A DNA stretch of 63,536 nucleotides, the filler included, from Licmophora abbreviata (taxonomy: Eukaryota), in the NCBI GenBank assembly GCA_900291995.1. It is 15 parts of 15 records of this genome, joined end to end, with 100 filler letters (N's around TTAATTAATTAA, not from the genome) between each part and the next. Parts side by side here need not be neighbours in the genome. Positions count along the whole stretch, not along the records: positions 46,044 to 50,783 come from OLMU01000037.1; positions 50,884 to 52,364 come from OLMU01000038.1; positions 52,465 to 57,132 come from OLMU01000039.1; positions 57,233 to 63,536 come from OLMU01000040.1; 11 more parts are not named here. One strand, given 5' to 3'. The notes below the pieces were generated by a model. That model saw only the letters and a list, made by a program, of their open reading frames with translations, was not told the origin of the DNA and did not search any database. Shown piece after piece: positions 47,085-59,361 of the stretch. A program made the translations under genes and the position numbers. Each line of letters begins with the position of its first letter. Position 1 is the first letter of the stretch.

Positions 47085-50000
47085 ATGAGTCGCTGGGACG
47101 CGCTTCGACCAGAAGGGTCTCGTAGGAAAGAACCACTGAGCCCAGCACGATCGTTCAATCAACGACGCCGACAGCGACAGGCCTCATTGACCAATAGCAA
47201 CACGGCGACCAGTAGACCTTCATCGTCTTGGAACGCCTCTCCGCCATGTCCGCGTTGGAACCGCCTTAAAGACAGGCTTGTGAAATCGCCGGAGCATGTT
47301 CACGCGGACGATATAGCTCGCGTTCTTCGCGAAGAAGAGCCACATCCCGCGTCGCTCGGTGAAGCGCTTACATTGACGTTCGTCCGGTCTGGACCCCGAC
47401 TGGACCTGGCGTTACCAATATTGTCCACACAGCGGGCTGAATTATCGACTCAGCAGGTACAAGAGTGCGAACAGATACTTGCAAAAGAAGAGCTGAACCA
47501 GACTTGCATCGAGGCGACGTGCTACTTTCTCTGGACCTTTCTCGCGCAGATCTCGGCAGAGCAGGCTGCAAACACATTAGTGGGAGACAAGCTTCTCTCA
47601 TTTCTAGAGCAACGCGATGCTGATCATGCTGCACAAAGGATAGTGCTGGACACCATTCATACTCTGTTGACTGACGATCGATTCGCAAGATCCATACTGA
47701 GTCCGCTCACCGTAGATGTGACAGACGGAGGCGAGGAAGAAACGATTCCGAACCCCCTGAAGACGAGGCTATTTTCTATCTTGCAAGATCGGCTGTCCGA
47801 ATCAAATCTATCGAAAGCCTCCATAGGTTGCTTAATCGCTGGTCTGTCGCATATTTCTTGTAGCAAAGGACGACAACCTTTGGACCTTGCCGTGGTTGAG
47901 AACTATCTGTCAGACTATCTACAAGACGAGATAGACTGCGATTCAGAACTAGACTTCCTGAAAGCCCTTCTTCGATCCCATCCGGAGAGCACCATTTCAC
48001 TTGCGAAACTTTTTCTTGGTGATGTCGCTCGACCGGCTCCTACCACTGAGGGGGGTTGTTCATGTCGCCCTCGCTCCGTATTGATGAAGCTGCTTCATGC
48101 GAATCCCAGAGATCGAGTTGCAGGCACTGTTCAACAATTTTTGAAGAGTATGCCGTTGACTCTTTGGATTGGTGGAAAACAGGTGAACTCGTCTCTTACT
48201 CGGGGCAGACACTTCATTGGACAACGTGTGGGAGACGCTCTGGTCGAGTTTGTACACATTGTACAGTGTGGGTTATCGCGCGGAGCCGGAACCACAAAGT
48301 CACTTTGTATGTTGGCGACCTCCGTTCTAATGGATATCCCCTATTCAAATGACCATGATGAGCTAACCGCCGCCTCAGTTGCGCTTGTAGCTGCACTTGG
48401 GGCGTATATTGTGACCCGGAGAGACCCCATGGTTTCGTGTGCCGTCGACTGTCTTGAAGAGAGCACTGGCGGTCACGCACGACCCGATGGCACCACCACC
48501 GCCATTGCCCTTCCGACTCATATCTGGCTAAAAGGTGCGCTAGGACAAAAGTTTCAGGACTATTTACTCGTGTCATTGGAGACTGGTTTGAGCGAAGAAG
48601 CCCATCGAAACTCGGTCAGGTTGCTTGGAGCCATCTTGAGGGGAGCTCACGGGCTCGTTATGAACAGCGAGGCAAGGGCCGATGGAATTCAGCGGCTGAT
48701 GATTGACTTCACAAATTCGGCATCCAGTGCAACACGACTTGCTGGTGTCGGGCTAGTGGAGAAGGCACTCGTAGGACGAAAGGATATGGTCAAAGCGGCT
48801 CGTGAGAAAGGCGAGAGCGAGTTTTCATCGTTCGCGGCGACCGTTGCTCAGAAGTCCACTGAGGACTCGAGTGCCGCCGTACGAACCTCAGCTCTTAGAT
48901 GCTATGGTGCTCTTGACGGTCAGGATTGGCGTGACTTCTCAGACGATATCGTTGACGGGGATGGCACTGTCTGCCTCCGTCATGTGCAGACGATACTTTC
49001 TCATTGCCTACCGTCAGCTATCGGGGCTGTTTCTACTCTTGGAGAGAAGAGCGCGAATACTCGAGCCGCGGCGTGCAAAGCCATTGCAGACATCTGCTCG
49101 GCGTACTTAGACGAAGCGCGATCAGGTCTTGTCCTTCTTGATGATGTTCAGGTGCTGCACTTCTCTGGGAGGGTAGCTGAAACTCTCATAATGGCTTTGC
49201 TCGATTCGAGTGCTGCTGTTCGAAGCATGGTAAGTGTTTGGTTTTAATGTAATGCCAGGAATATCTGAGTTTGATCTCCCTCATGGGCGACCCTTGCATA
49301 CCTGCATAATTCAGGCCGTTTTTGCACTTGGAAACCTGGCTCTAGGCCTACGATACCTAATCAAAAGAGACGTGTGTTTCATCCCTCCTAGTTCTCTCCG
49401 ATCAGCCTTCGGCTCCACCCTGAAGTGCATTTCCGAGGAGCACGACAAAGTATGTGACATCTCTTGCAGTAACTAATTTCTCTTTGGAGATACTTCGATT
49501 GCTGACTCTAAATCTACCGTATGTTCGCAGGTCGCAAACAATGCGATTCGTGCCGCAGGCCACGTGGGGTACCTTGCGTTTCACAAGCGATATCGCGACT
49601 TTATTGAGAGTGAAGACTGGGGCATTTCGTCAGCATACGCCGATGTTCAACGCGCTCTATGCCACAAAGTAGAAATGGCGCTTTCGGAAGCGAACGGATC
49701 CTTCAAGGCACTCAGTTGGAAACAGCGTTCAGTCACAAAGAAGCACGGATGGGGTGCATGCAGCTCTCTTGCGTTGATACTTGATGGCGATATCGCCGTG
49801 ACGGAGGACACAGTAGAAATCTCGAGAAGCTCGCTTCGATCTCTTGTGGCTTGTCTGCAACTATCAAGATCCATAAATGAAAAGGTTTCGTCGACGGCGA
49901 CTGCTGCGATTCGAAAGATCTCGGTGGGAATCCTTTCTCGTCTATCGGGAAACTCCGGATTGATCGGAAGCGCCATTGCAATGTGCCTTCCCTTTGTGTT

Positions 50001-50457
50001 TCAGGTACGTGTTATTGTCGTTAGTTTCTTTCATATCCACCGAGTGCATGCCCACTGAATCATCCTTCTCTTCCTGTTGACCGTGTAGGCAAAAGGGACG
50101 GGCCGACACACCTCTGGTCGGCTTCGGATCGAAACAGAGCTGTTGCTGCAACACCTGCTTCAGGCAGCATCGATCTACGACATGTGCTGCTTGCTAAAGA
50201 GTGACGAGACGTCTACGAAATATTTAGGCGTGCTGTATAGGTGGATGGTCGACCATGAGATGAAGTCCAACTCTTTCGAGTCGCTTGCGCTCGCGTTGCA
50301 ACGCAGAGACCTTAGCGGCGACGTTGCCTTGCAACAGAAGTTCGCCAGCCGAGCTCTCCTGCGATACAGAGAGGACCATACGCCCTGGCCAGGAGCCAGC
50401 GCTCCGAGTGCTATCATCGCTGCCCACGACCAAGATACGGACGAAGACGAGTTGTAA
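47085..50457 (+). CDS. HEAT/ARM repeat protein, HEATR6-like; introns 49230-49314, 49450-49530, 50005-50088
   Basis: DSSAAVRTSALRCYG, DSSAAVRSM|AVFALGNLA, DK|VANNAIRAAG, KHGWGACSSL; all three splices keep the frame. Confidence 0.75.
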
Positions 50458-50537
50458 ACTTTCCTCCATACATTCAAATCATACTACATAACAATGACTC
50501 TGGTCTCACTAGAATAGACGCATTCACTCTAGCACGC

Positions 50538-52109
50538 TTAGTTCTCATCCTGCATGACCCATGGCGGGCACCCTATCGCAGGAAGGTTTTCTTGAGGGGC
50601 AGCGCAGCTTGCTGTCTTCTCGTCCCACGTATTCATGACACAGTACCACTCGCCGTTGGTGGTGCGGTCAATGACATGGCTTCTGGCGTCCATAAAACGA
50701 AGTATCGCACGCCACTTTCCACAGGATGCATTGCAGCAGCGCACCCACTCGTACGGTTCCTTGGAGCTGGTGGCCGCAGAACGNNNNNNNNNNNNNNNNN
50801 NNNNNNNNNNNNNNNNNNNNNNNNNNNTTAATTAATTAANNNNNNNNNNNNNNNNNNNNNNNNNNNNNNNNNNNNNNNNNNNNGCCGCGGGTCATTGTGG
50901 GCTGACGAGACTCGTACGCTTCATTCGCCTGCAGACGGCGCACCCAGATACGCAGATGCTTGCGGGTGCGAGCGTCAGCAGCGCTCTCAGGAGTACTCTG
51001 TGTCTCATACTCTTCTTCGGGGGCAGAACAACGAGCACGCTCTGGGTCGTTCTTGTTCATGGAGCAGTACCACTTGGATGGGAGCTTCTTCTCGTCAACC
51101 ACGCCCCTGAGACGACGCCACTGCAGATAAAAATAGCGGGTTAGCTAGATTTTGCGATTCAAGAGTAATGCCTTCCCTCGCGACCTTCTACCTCACCTTT
51201 TTACACTTATCACATTCGACCCAAGTGGCATTGCTGGCACCCGTCGTCTGTCCAAAGATGGATCCGCCATCATGTTCAAATTCGACTTCTTCTGGCTGGT
51301 TGACGGACAATACGGATGCAGATAGCTCATCCCGTTTCGGACCGTTGTCAGATCCAGGCCTCTTTACCTCAGCAGCACCGCCGTCTTCTTCTCTACTGCG
51401 TCTGGGTTTCTTGCGCTTCCTCTGTTTCTTTGCGCGACGCGCTGTCGAGTCATCGTCGTCTTCTCCTCCAGCGGCCGCCACTTGGGGTCCGCCAATGCGA
51501 TCCATCCAGAGCCCCTTCTTCATTGCATTCATAATGGTGGAACGATCAATGCGCATGTTTCCTCCATGGACTGGGTACTGGTTATCGTCCTCGTCCGAGT
51601 CTGTGTCGACAATCGATCCTGCAGCCGAGTATTTGTCATCTTCCAAAGCACGACGCATCTGCTCATTTACAGCCAACTGAGCAGCGGACAAGTGTTCCGT
51701 ATGCTGCGGTGCGCCCGTTGCAAGTGCCCTGTTCCTAGACTTATTTCGTGCCTTTTTACGAGCACCATCCTCGTCCTTCTTTCCATCCTGCAATATTTGG
51801 CGGGAAAGCATGTTCGAATTAGGGATGGCGGTTCACACACAGACAGACAAGAACGGAATCTTAGACAAAACGGAATCTCACCTTGCGCTTCTTTGCTTTT
51901 TTCGGTTTGCTGCTGCGACTCGCTTGTTCATCGTCCAGTTCGGCTCCAGGGGGAACAGCTTTGCGCTTCTTGCGAGTTGCTTTCTTCCTACGACCTTCTG
52001 GGTCAACTGAATCCGAAGGAGTGGGCGAGGCGGGAGCCGACGCGGCCTTCAGGGCGGGATCCTCGGCTGGAGGTGGCGCTGCGGCCGATGGAGATGTTGG
52101 GTCCTCCAT
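50538..52109 (-). CDS. Protein with two CW-type zinc fingers; introns 51788-51881 and 51121-51196; spans gap 50784-50883
   Basis: WVECDKCKK|WRRL...LPSKWYCSMN...CSAPEE and WVRCCNASCGKWR...WYCVMNTWD...CAAPQE; basic NLS-like tracts. Confidence 0.88.
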
Positions 52110-52473
52110 TATTCTCAATAAGACTGCCGATTAGATCGCTCGAGACTATAAGAAGGCAATAAAAAACGCAAATTGAAATTGGAGAAGTAGCAGGGCCTTC
52201 GCTCTTTCTCTTCTGCGTCTTCGTCGCTGCAAAAGACACGAAGACACGGCGCGTTGTGCCAACAGAAAAAAGTGCGAACGAAATGACAGGATCAGCGTCC
52301 TTAGTAGACGATGTACAAGGATCCAACATACGAAGGAATCAGTATGATTCAACGAGTGAGTCGANNNNNNNNNNNNNNNNNNNNNNNNNNNNNNNNNNNN
52401 NNNNNNNNTTAATTAATTAANNNNNNNNNNNNNNNNNNNNNNNNNNNNNNNNNNNNNNNNNNNNTCAACGGGG

Positions 52474-52494
52474 TGAGTCGAACGGTTCGACTCA
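52474..52494. promoter_or_regulatory. Palindrome TGAGTCGAAC-G-GTTCGACTCA (two inverted copies of a recurring upstream motif)
   Basis: Perfect 10-bp inverted repeat with a 1-nt spacer upstream of the CW zinc finger gene. The same word family occurs at 23782, 29095, 46944, 52354, 56851 and 62515. Confidence 0.4.
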
Positions 52495-52635
52495 TCGAGC
52501 GAGGACAGACGACGTTCACTTCCTATCATACGATACAAGATGGCATGTCATTGTCGAATTCATTCCGACGTACTAGCTAATACTTTGAACTTGCACTCGG
52601 CAATCATCATCTAGACAATATTGGCCTACTTGAGA

Positions 52636-53844
52636 CTATTGAGTGTTGTAGCCAATCAGTTCTTTGAACAGACTTGGAAGAATCAAGAGAGCAAACAACG
52701 GGTTGTTGGCGAAGAACTCAATGGGTCGAAAGTGAAACAGCGAGGCGCCAATCGCCACAGTTTCCTCGTCGGACGCAGTTGTATAGTCAACACGATGCCA
52801 TGTCCAAGGAGGTACCCACAGAGCATCGCCCGCGTCTGTTACAACATGCGCACGTGGTATGGAATTCCATTCATGATTATTTTGAAGATGGCCACTTCCA
52901 ACCATGGACGCGAAATATGCCCTTCCATCGGGAGCAATTCGAGGCCGCAGTCGAAACGTATGCTGAGGGCGCACCAGAGTCCATTGCTTCGTCCCTTCCA
53001 GCTGAACCGCCACATTCCCAATGGGTTCACAGTGTAAATCGGTTCGGGGTTGTTGTTGCGTGTTATCAGAGGTCGATCGCGCAACAAACAATGGCACAGT
53101 GGTCATGGCAGGAAACATCTGAAACGGACCGCTACCAACAATGTGATGAGATTCAAAAAAGTTTCCAAACAGCGACCTCATGACTTGTATGGGAGCCACC
53201 TCATTTATCAGTTCTGGATAAGTCTGCAGCATCAGTTGCGTTGTAATCTTGTGCTTGCAAAGTGGCTGTGCCGAGATATTGGACACAATATCTGATATGC
53301 GAGCCGTCGAATCTGGTGTCAGCATACCGGGAATCGACGAATCTTGAAAGAAAGGAACGACCAGGTCTTCGTGTAGTAATCCTTTCAAAGACAGCCGTCG
53401 TGTGGTGTCTTCTTGAATTCGAGTCGCATTCCACAGTCCTCTTAGAAGCAGAGGACTCCTTCGCCAGTCGTCGCCGTGTCTTGATACAATTACTTCCAAA
53501 ACCCGAGCCGGCTTCACGTTCGTCAAGTCAACCACTGCTACCTCCCAAGAAGCTTCTTCCTTCGTCCCGTACTGTTCGTCCCACTCCCCCCAAGCTTCTT
53601 CTTGCCATGCCGCTGACCAGGCTGATAATGACGACGATGGTATCCACTGCCCTAGAGACCATTTTCCAACCGATTTCGTGGAAGCAGAAGAGGTCCGCAC
53701 AAAATTTTGTACTTGCAGAGACCAAATGACTACGATCGCAGTCCATAGCACCGAAACGAGCCGCCTATCAGGATGCACCACCAACATCTTCCGCCATGGT
53801 CGTGTTTTGCCGTCGCAGTCGCGGAGATGGAATTTGGAATGCAT
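52636..53844 (-). CDS. JmjC/cupin-like 2-OG oxygenase domain protein with N-terminal hydrophobic anchor
   Basis: PLLLRGL, TDLHCE (HxE), QLEGTKQWTLV, AGDALWVPPWTWHRV. Start codon uncertain. Confidence 0.85.
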   Translation of the reverse strand: MHSKFHLRDCDGKTRPWRKMLVVHPDRRLVSVLWTAIVVIWSLQVQNFVRTSSASTKSVGKWSLGQWIPSSSLSAWSAAWQEEAWGEWDEQYGTKEEASWEVAVVDLTNVKPARVLEVIVSRHGDDWRRSPLLLRGLWNATRIQEDTTRRLSLKGLLHEDLVVPFFQDSSIPGMLTPDSTARISDIVSNISAQPLCKHKITTQLMLQTYPELINEVAPIQVMRSLFGNFFESHHIVGSGPFQMFPAMTTVPLFVARSTSDNTQQQPRTDLHCEPIGNVAVQLEGTKQWTLVRPQHTFRLRPRIAPDGRAYFASMVGSGHLQNNHEWNSIPRAHVVTDAGDALWVPPWTWHRVDYTTASDEETVAIGASLFHFRPIEFFANNPLFALLILPSLFKELIGYNTQ

Positions 53845-54080
53845 CGGCGCGCGTTTCAAATTGACAAACCGTCTATATTTCGCGCGATGACGTGATGAAA
53901 GCGCGCATAACGATGATTCATCGAATCCAATGAATCGAATCAATCGATGTCAATACGGCAGAAGCGCCTCACCCACACCATCACACCATGATGAGCGGAC
54001 GCCGCCGGCTGATCCCGTCGTTTCCACCACTTCAAACACCCTTGTGTGAACGGTAGATCGACATAAACTCATTGGAGATC

Positions 54081-55148
54081 ATGTTTTGCTACCGATCGAT
54101 AACAGGAGTCCTGCTTATAAGCTCTTGGCTGGTACTCTCTGGGGCCGGGTTTGTCCCATCAGCGACACTGCATCGTGCGCCCTCGGTCGTTGAGATGCAT
54201 CAGCGGCGACGCAGTGCCGCGTCTTCGTCATGGCGTCTCTTCATGGGAAAAGGTCTAAATCGGGCACGCAACAAGCAGGCTGATCTTGCACGAAAGCTAG
54301 AACTAGCCCGGCAGCAAAAAGACAAGGGAACCGCGTCGTCGACGGAACACGATGGAAACGACGATACTACTTCTAGTAGTGGGAGTAGCCTCCAGGCCTT
54401 GTCGGATGCAGAAATCAAAAAGCAGAACGATCACCTTCGTTTCGAAGAGCTGTTAAAAAGGGAAGCTTCTAAGGTTTTGAATGCGTATTCGAATGACGGG
54501 TACTTGAGTAAGGAACAGGAAGAAGAGGAGATTAGTGCTGTCAGTAAGTAGTATCGACAAGTCACTATCAGGGACGGCTGGATTTGAAGACCTACCTCTC
54601 ACATTCTCTGTTTGCGAGCTTTAGGATCCGGAATCGACCGACTCTTTGAAGGGGATCCCGCGCCTTCAGAACCCTTCGAAGATCTTGTTAGCATGACTTC
54701 CGGCAATGCGATTTGCAAGCGGGGTGCCATGAAGCTTGTTCCATGGCTTGACACGAGCAACTCCAGGCGGCTCGACGATTACATGATCATTCTGGCGGAC
54801 CCCCGTATGAAGCCCCCGGAGCTGCGACAGACGGTCAAACATCTACAGAGTGAACTTCCGCTGGATCTCTTAAGCAAAATGATCGTGATCAACGCCGACA
54901 GTCCAGCTGAGAATCGACGGTGGCTGAAGCGAAATGGTATGCTAGACGATCACGGCAATACCAACCTACAAGTCTATTCCGACGAAAAATTAGATTGGAT
55001 GCGTGCGTATACTGCTCTCGGAGAAAAGCGATTCGCAATGTCCATGTTTGTGCTAGCCAAGGGGCGAGTGCAAAAGTTGGCACGAGAAGTCGATGGTGTA
55101 GAGGCGGGACGTGTCATTCGGAACGCCATCAAGTCGTTGGAGTTGTAG
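54081..55148 (+). CDS. Probable plastid-targeted protein with redoxin/thioredoxin-like C-terminal domain; intron 54544-54624
   Basis: Signal peptide ending GAG-FVP (diatom ASAFAP-type cleavage); VINADSPAENRRW and VYSD are AhpC/TSA-like; splice AV(R)SGIDRLFEG is in frame. Confidence 0.7.
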
Positions 55149-55200
55149 TTGTGTGAGTGCATGCGAGAGAAGAACTCAAGAAGACTATCTCTAGAGTGCG

Positions 55201-56778
55201 TTAACTGTGTTTATCATTTATGAAATCTTCGGCATCGTGTGGGTATAATGCTTGGATGCGCCGGTAGTGGTAGCGCGCGTCGTGCTCCACAGAGGAGCAC
55301 TCGGCAAAGGTGCTCATGCCGGGCAATCGAAGCTGTTGCAACTGTTTCGGCGCTCGCGACAACAGCTCCTCCAAGACCTGTGCGAGCTCCAGATTTGTCT
55401 GTGCCAAATCAAAGTGATCTGGCCCATGATGGGCCTTTTGTAGATCTCGCATTCGCACTGCTGACTCGACCAAACGAAGAAGCAAGAGGACACGTTGAGG
55501 AGACGTCAGGCTCGAGTCCTGTTGTACCAATTCACAAACATCGAGGTGGAGTCGAAAGCAAGGAATCAGCAGTACATGGCTCTTGTTCTGCAGCTGCTTT
55601 TCTGCCTCGATACACAATTCGTGTGTTGTCACCTCCAGGGCCTTGATTTCCTCCAATAAGGAATCGGCAGTGCCATCAGTCGACGATAGGACCACTTCCC
55701 GATAGTGATCTTCCAGTTGAGCCGTCGTCTTTTCGATCCGAACCGTTACGGAATCTTCATCCCAACGATTCAAGGCGGAGCGCGGTAGCTGCGATCCAAT
55801 CAACTCCATGAAACGCCACGAGCCCAACTCGGAGCCGATATCGAAGCGATGCTGCTCCAAAAGATGCTTTCGTCGAGTGGCGTGACTCTCAATCCGCGGT
55901 AGATAAGAAATCGTCAAACTTTCCCCTGCCGTCACCGGCCGAGTATTGCGTACTTCAGAATATCCTTTTGTTGGCATGAGTTTGACACAGTTTGGATGAC
56001 ACGAATGGTTTAGCATGGCCACATGACGGTAGACGCCCGACTGCAACCCGTTGTATCGTAGCGCCAACAAGAGTCTCAGGATATCAGTGGAAGAAAGAGC
56101 AGTTCCGCCAAGGGACGTGATATTGCTGGATCGCGCCAAATCCACCAATTCAGCTATTCGAATGTCTTCTTCGTACAACATCTGGAGATGCTGCATCATG
56201 GTCGATACTTGCTCCGCATCCCCACCGCCGCGATCCACTTGCACTTTGGTGGGGTGAAAGTCTTCCATGTCATGCACAATCGTATGAGACAGGGGAGACA
56301 GCAGGATATGTCGGACGGATACCAGATCAAGCGCCTTTCCCATTTGTTCTTCGGGCCACGTAATAACCGGCTCTTCTACCAACACAAGCGTCCCCGGCTT
56401 CAGGTCTTTCGACGCGACAAAACCGCGCCCACCGCCAACAGGAAGCGAGGAAAGGAGCTTGACGGACGGAGACAGGTACAGAGGGGGCGCGTTCGGCCAC
56501 AGCACGATTTCTTCCAGTGTTGAAATGTTGACTTTTGGAAGAGGTTGTGGTTGTTTGTCGGTCTCCGTCGGTTGCGTGTCTATTGTGTCGGCGGAAATGC
56601 CATCATCTTCGGGTGTCGGAGCCTCATCGCCTGTCTTCGATGGTCTCTTGTGAATCATGCGTTCATTCGCTCGCTCCACCATCTGCTTTCCAGCCCATGT
56701 TGCCATTGTACCAGGAGAGTCCTCATTATCGCCGCTGTCGTCGTCTCCGAAGCACGCAAACGGGTCGTCCTCCGCCAT
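55201..56778 (-). CDS. SET-domain (SMYD-like) lysine methyltransferase
   Basis: GGRGFVASKDLKPGTLVLVEEP, AMLNHSCHPNC, GESLTISY, C-terminal HGPDHFDLA TPR-like region. Confidence 0.9.
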   Translation of the reverse strand: MAEDDPFACFGDDDSGDNEDSPGTMATWAGKQMVERANERMIHKRPSKTGDEAPTPEDDGISADTIDTQPTETDKQPQPLPKVNISTLEEIVLWPNAPPLYLSPSVKLLSSLPVGGGRGFVASKDLKPGTLVLVEEPVITWPEEQMGKALDLVSVRHILLSPLSHTIVHDMEDFHPTKVQVDRGGGDAEQVSTMMQHLQMLYEEDIRIAELVDLARSSNITSLGGTALSSTDILRLLLALRYNGLQSGVYRHVAMLNHSCHPNCVKLMPTKGYSEVRNTRPVTAGESLTISYLPRIESHATRRKHLLEQHRFDIGSELGSWRFMELIGSQLPRSALNRWDEDSVTVRIEKTTAQLEDHYREVVLSSTDGTADSLLEEIKALEVTTHELCIEAEKQLQNKSHVLLIPCFRLHLDVCELVQQDSSLTSPQRVLLLLRLVESAVRMRDLQKAHHGPDHFDLAQTNLELAQVLEELLSRAPKQLQQLRLPGMSTFAECSSVEHDARYHYRRIQALYPHDAEDFINDKHS

Positions 56779-57068
56779 GGTCAGGGGTCAGGGTGCGCCT
56801 GGGCAAGACTTTTTTGTGAGTTTTTCGCCGGTGAGAGTTCGATAATGACATGACTCACTCACTCGACTCACTCTATTCGGTTTGTTCTGTTTGAAACCAT
56901 CATACATAGGTAGCAGATTCCTATCCGGCAGTATTACGATTCCGTGTAGACTAAAGTCCTATTCTGACGTACCGGTACCGGTATTATAGGACAAAAAGAC
57001 TAATTTTTATCTTCGTACACGCACCGCGCTTTCTGCTAGTCTGCAAGAAGTTTGCCAAGCGAAGTCAT

Positions 57069-58761
57069 TCATCGTCTCAGCAAAATACCCGGGAGATGTG
57101 GCGGCGGGTTGTTCAGAGAGCCACTCTTGGTANNNNNNNNNNNNNNNNNNNNNNNNNNNNNNNNNNNNNNNNNNNNTTAATTAATTAANNNNNNNNNNNN
57201 NNNNNNNNNNNNNNNNNNNNNNNNNNNNNNNNGTACTCTTCATCTCCCGTACACGTTCCACCGCGTGTTCCAAGTGTTGCCAACAGACAGCTGGATTGCC
57301 GTCTCGAACGGCCAAAAGAGCTGCATCATTGGTTACATTTCTCAAGTCCGCCCCAGAGAAGTTGTCAGTAAGAATAGCAAGTCGCGTCCAGTCAATTTCG
57401 TCGAGCCGACATTGAATCCGTTTTGCATTAATCAAAAGAATAGCCTCGCGACCAGCTGCGTCAGGATATCCCACATGCACCTGACGATCAAACCGTCGCA
57501 GTATGGCCGGATCCAGAACGTCGGCACGGTTAGTTGCAGCTATGACTATCAAAGTCACGTCGGGGTGCTGGTCGAAACCATCCATCTCGGTCAAGAGTTG
57601 ATTCAGCGTGTTGTCTCGTTCATCGTTGTTGGCAAAGACACCTCGCGATCGAGCCAGCGCATCAACTTCGTCAATAAAAATCAAGGCCGACGCCACCTTC
57701 GGCGGTGGTTGCGATGTTACAGAAAGTGAGGTCCACCAGGACCCGCCCTGGCCCCGTGCTTGTCGACGAGCAGAATCAAAAAGCTTGCGTACTCTCGAAG
57801 CGCCCCGTCCAACATAGGTATCGACAAAGTCACTGCCACTGCATGCCACAAAGGTATTGCAGTGCGCTTCACCAGCCACGGCTCGCGCCAAGAGCGTCTT
57901 GCCACTTCCAGGCGGTCCGTACAGTAACACGGCATTAGGTGGGCGTGCTCCCAGCCCATGATACGAGGTTGGGTTCGCCAAGTACGATACCACATCAGAT
58001 ACTTCCGTCACCGCATGATCCAGACCAGCGACATCTGCGAACGATGTTGTTCGAGATGCCTCTTCGTATGTCCTTGCATTGTCGTTGTCGCCGTTCAAGT
58101 TGCGCATCATTCGATACAAGAATGCCAAGTAGACAAAGGGTAACGCCGCCATGGCCGGTGTAGCCAAACGGGACCAAATTGACTCGGGCAAAGCCGAAAC
58201 ATCAGTACATCAATTCTGAGAAAGCGATTCAAGCAAATCAGACTGAAGAGAAGGAAGATTGGGAGGTAAAGTCGACTTTTTCCAGGCGCTTGTACCCTCA
58301 ATTTCGAGCTGGTAGGCAATGGCCGATTGTGACCCCAGCAGCAAGGCGCGCCGTACTTGACCAAGTTTGGCAGCGTTCCACAGAATCGATAGCGGCGCCT
58401 CCGTAGCACTTCGATAATCCTCAAGCGAGGATTCTTGACGATTCCAACCACCCATCAGGAGAGCTAGCAAATACATTCCCTTTCCAGATCGTTTTCGAGC
58501 ACAACGATACAAGTAGACCGCCGCAAGAGTCGCGCATGCGGTGAGCACGATTTTCTTTTTTCTTTTCCAAAGACGCATAAAATGTTGCTTATGATCGTCA
58601 TCTTCCAGACAAGCCTGGTTTTCGGGTTTGAGCGAGAGCAAGTGTCGAGCCATCGCACGGATCCAGTGCTGCAACAAATCGAGGCTGCGATCCATGCGCC
58701 CTTGCGAGGGCACAGTATTGGCCGGTCGCTTTCGTGTACGTTTCTCTGCAGGAAGGCTCAT
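57069..58761 (-). CDS. FtsH-like membrane AAA+ ATPase, apparently without M41 protease domain; in-frame TGA at 58210-58212; spans gap 57133-57232
   Basis: TSFADVAG, LLYGPPGSGKTLLARAVAGEA, FIDEVDA, TLNQLLTEMDGF, AATNR...LDPAILRRFDR, FSGADL. ORFs 58210-58866 and 57181-58191 are in the same frame, separated by one TGA. Confidence 0.82.
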
Positions 58762-59361
58762 TGCTGCTTCGACAAGATCCTTGGTAGTGTTTATAAAATG
58801 GATAGGAGAGGAGAGTAGAGACGAAGACGACGCCAAATTGACAAGATCATCAGAGGCAAACTGCAAACTAGCTCTTGCTGGTCAAGAATGAAGAAGTCGT
58901 GTCGCGGCCACAACTTCAATTTCAAATTGGAATCGAATCAATCAATCAATCAACGAGCTCTTTCAGCTTCAGGAAGCAAGCACAAGAGCTCTCGCGATGC
59001 TACATTTTAGAAAATATGAGTGTGTGTGTGTGTCATGATATTTTGGATTTAACACTGATAATTCTGAATGCTGAGTCACAAAGGATGCCTTTCCGTTCAT
59101 ACTTTACATTTCAAATACCTTTAAACGACGTTGTACATAATTCATTCAATATTTGTGTAGACGTACAATTGCGTAGAATTGTACTACGAAAAAAAATTGA
59201 AACAATTTTCAACCACGACTCGCCGAAAACTTGCGGGAACCCATATATTTTCGATGTCGACGTGAAACTCTTCCGTCCTATGCCAGGAGGACAACGCTGC
59301 AATAATAGGTTGGTGTTCACTCATTTCACGGCATAATCACCAAGCTGCTTCATACTTCACC

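Noticed and set aside
5706..57232. Fourteen identical TTAATTAATTAA-centred blocks as a biological repeat, CRISPR array or TTAA transposon target
   Set aside because: Each is exactly N44-12-N44 with stops in all frames, which is an artificial linker.
58930..59190. (AATC)n, (GT)n and a GTACAATT/AATTGTAC inverted repeat upstream of the cyclin
   Set aside because: Short microsatellites and an 8-bp inverted repeat in AT-rich promoter DNA are within chance expectation.
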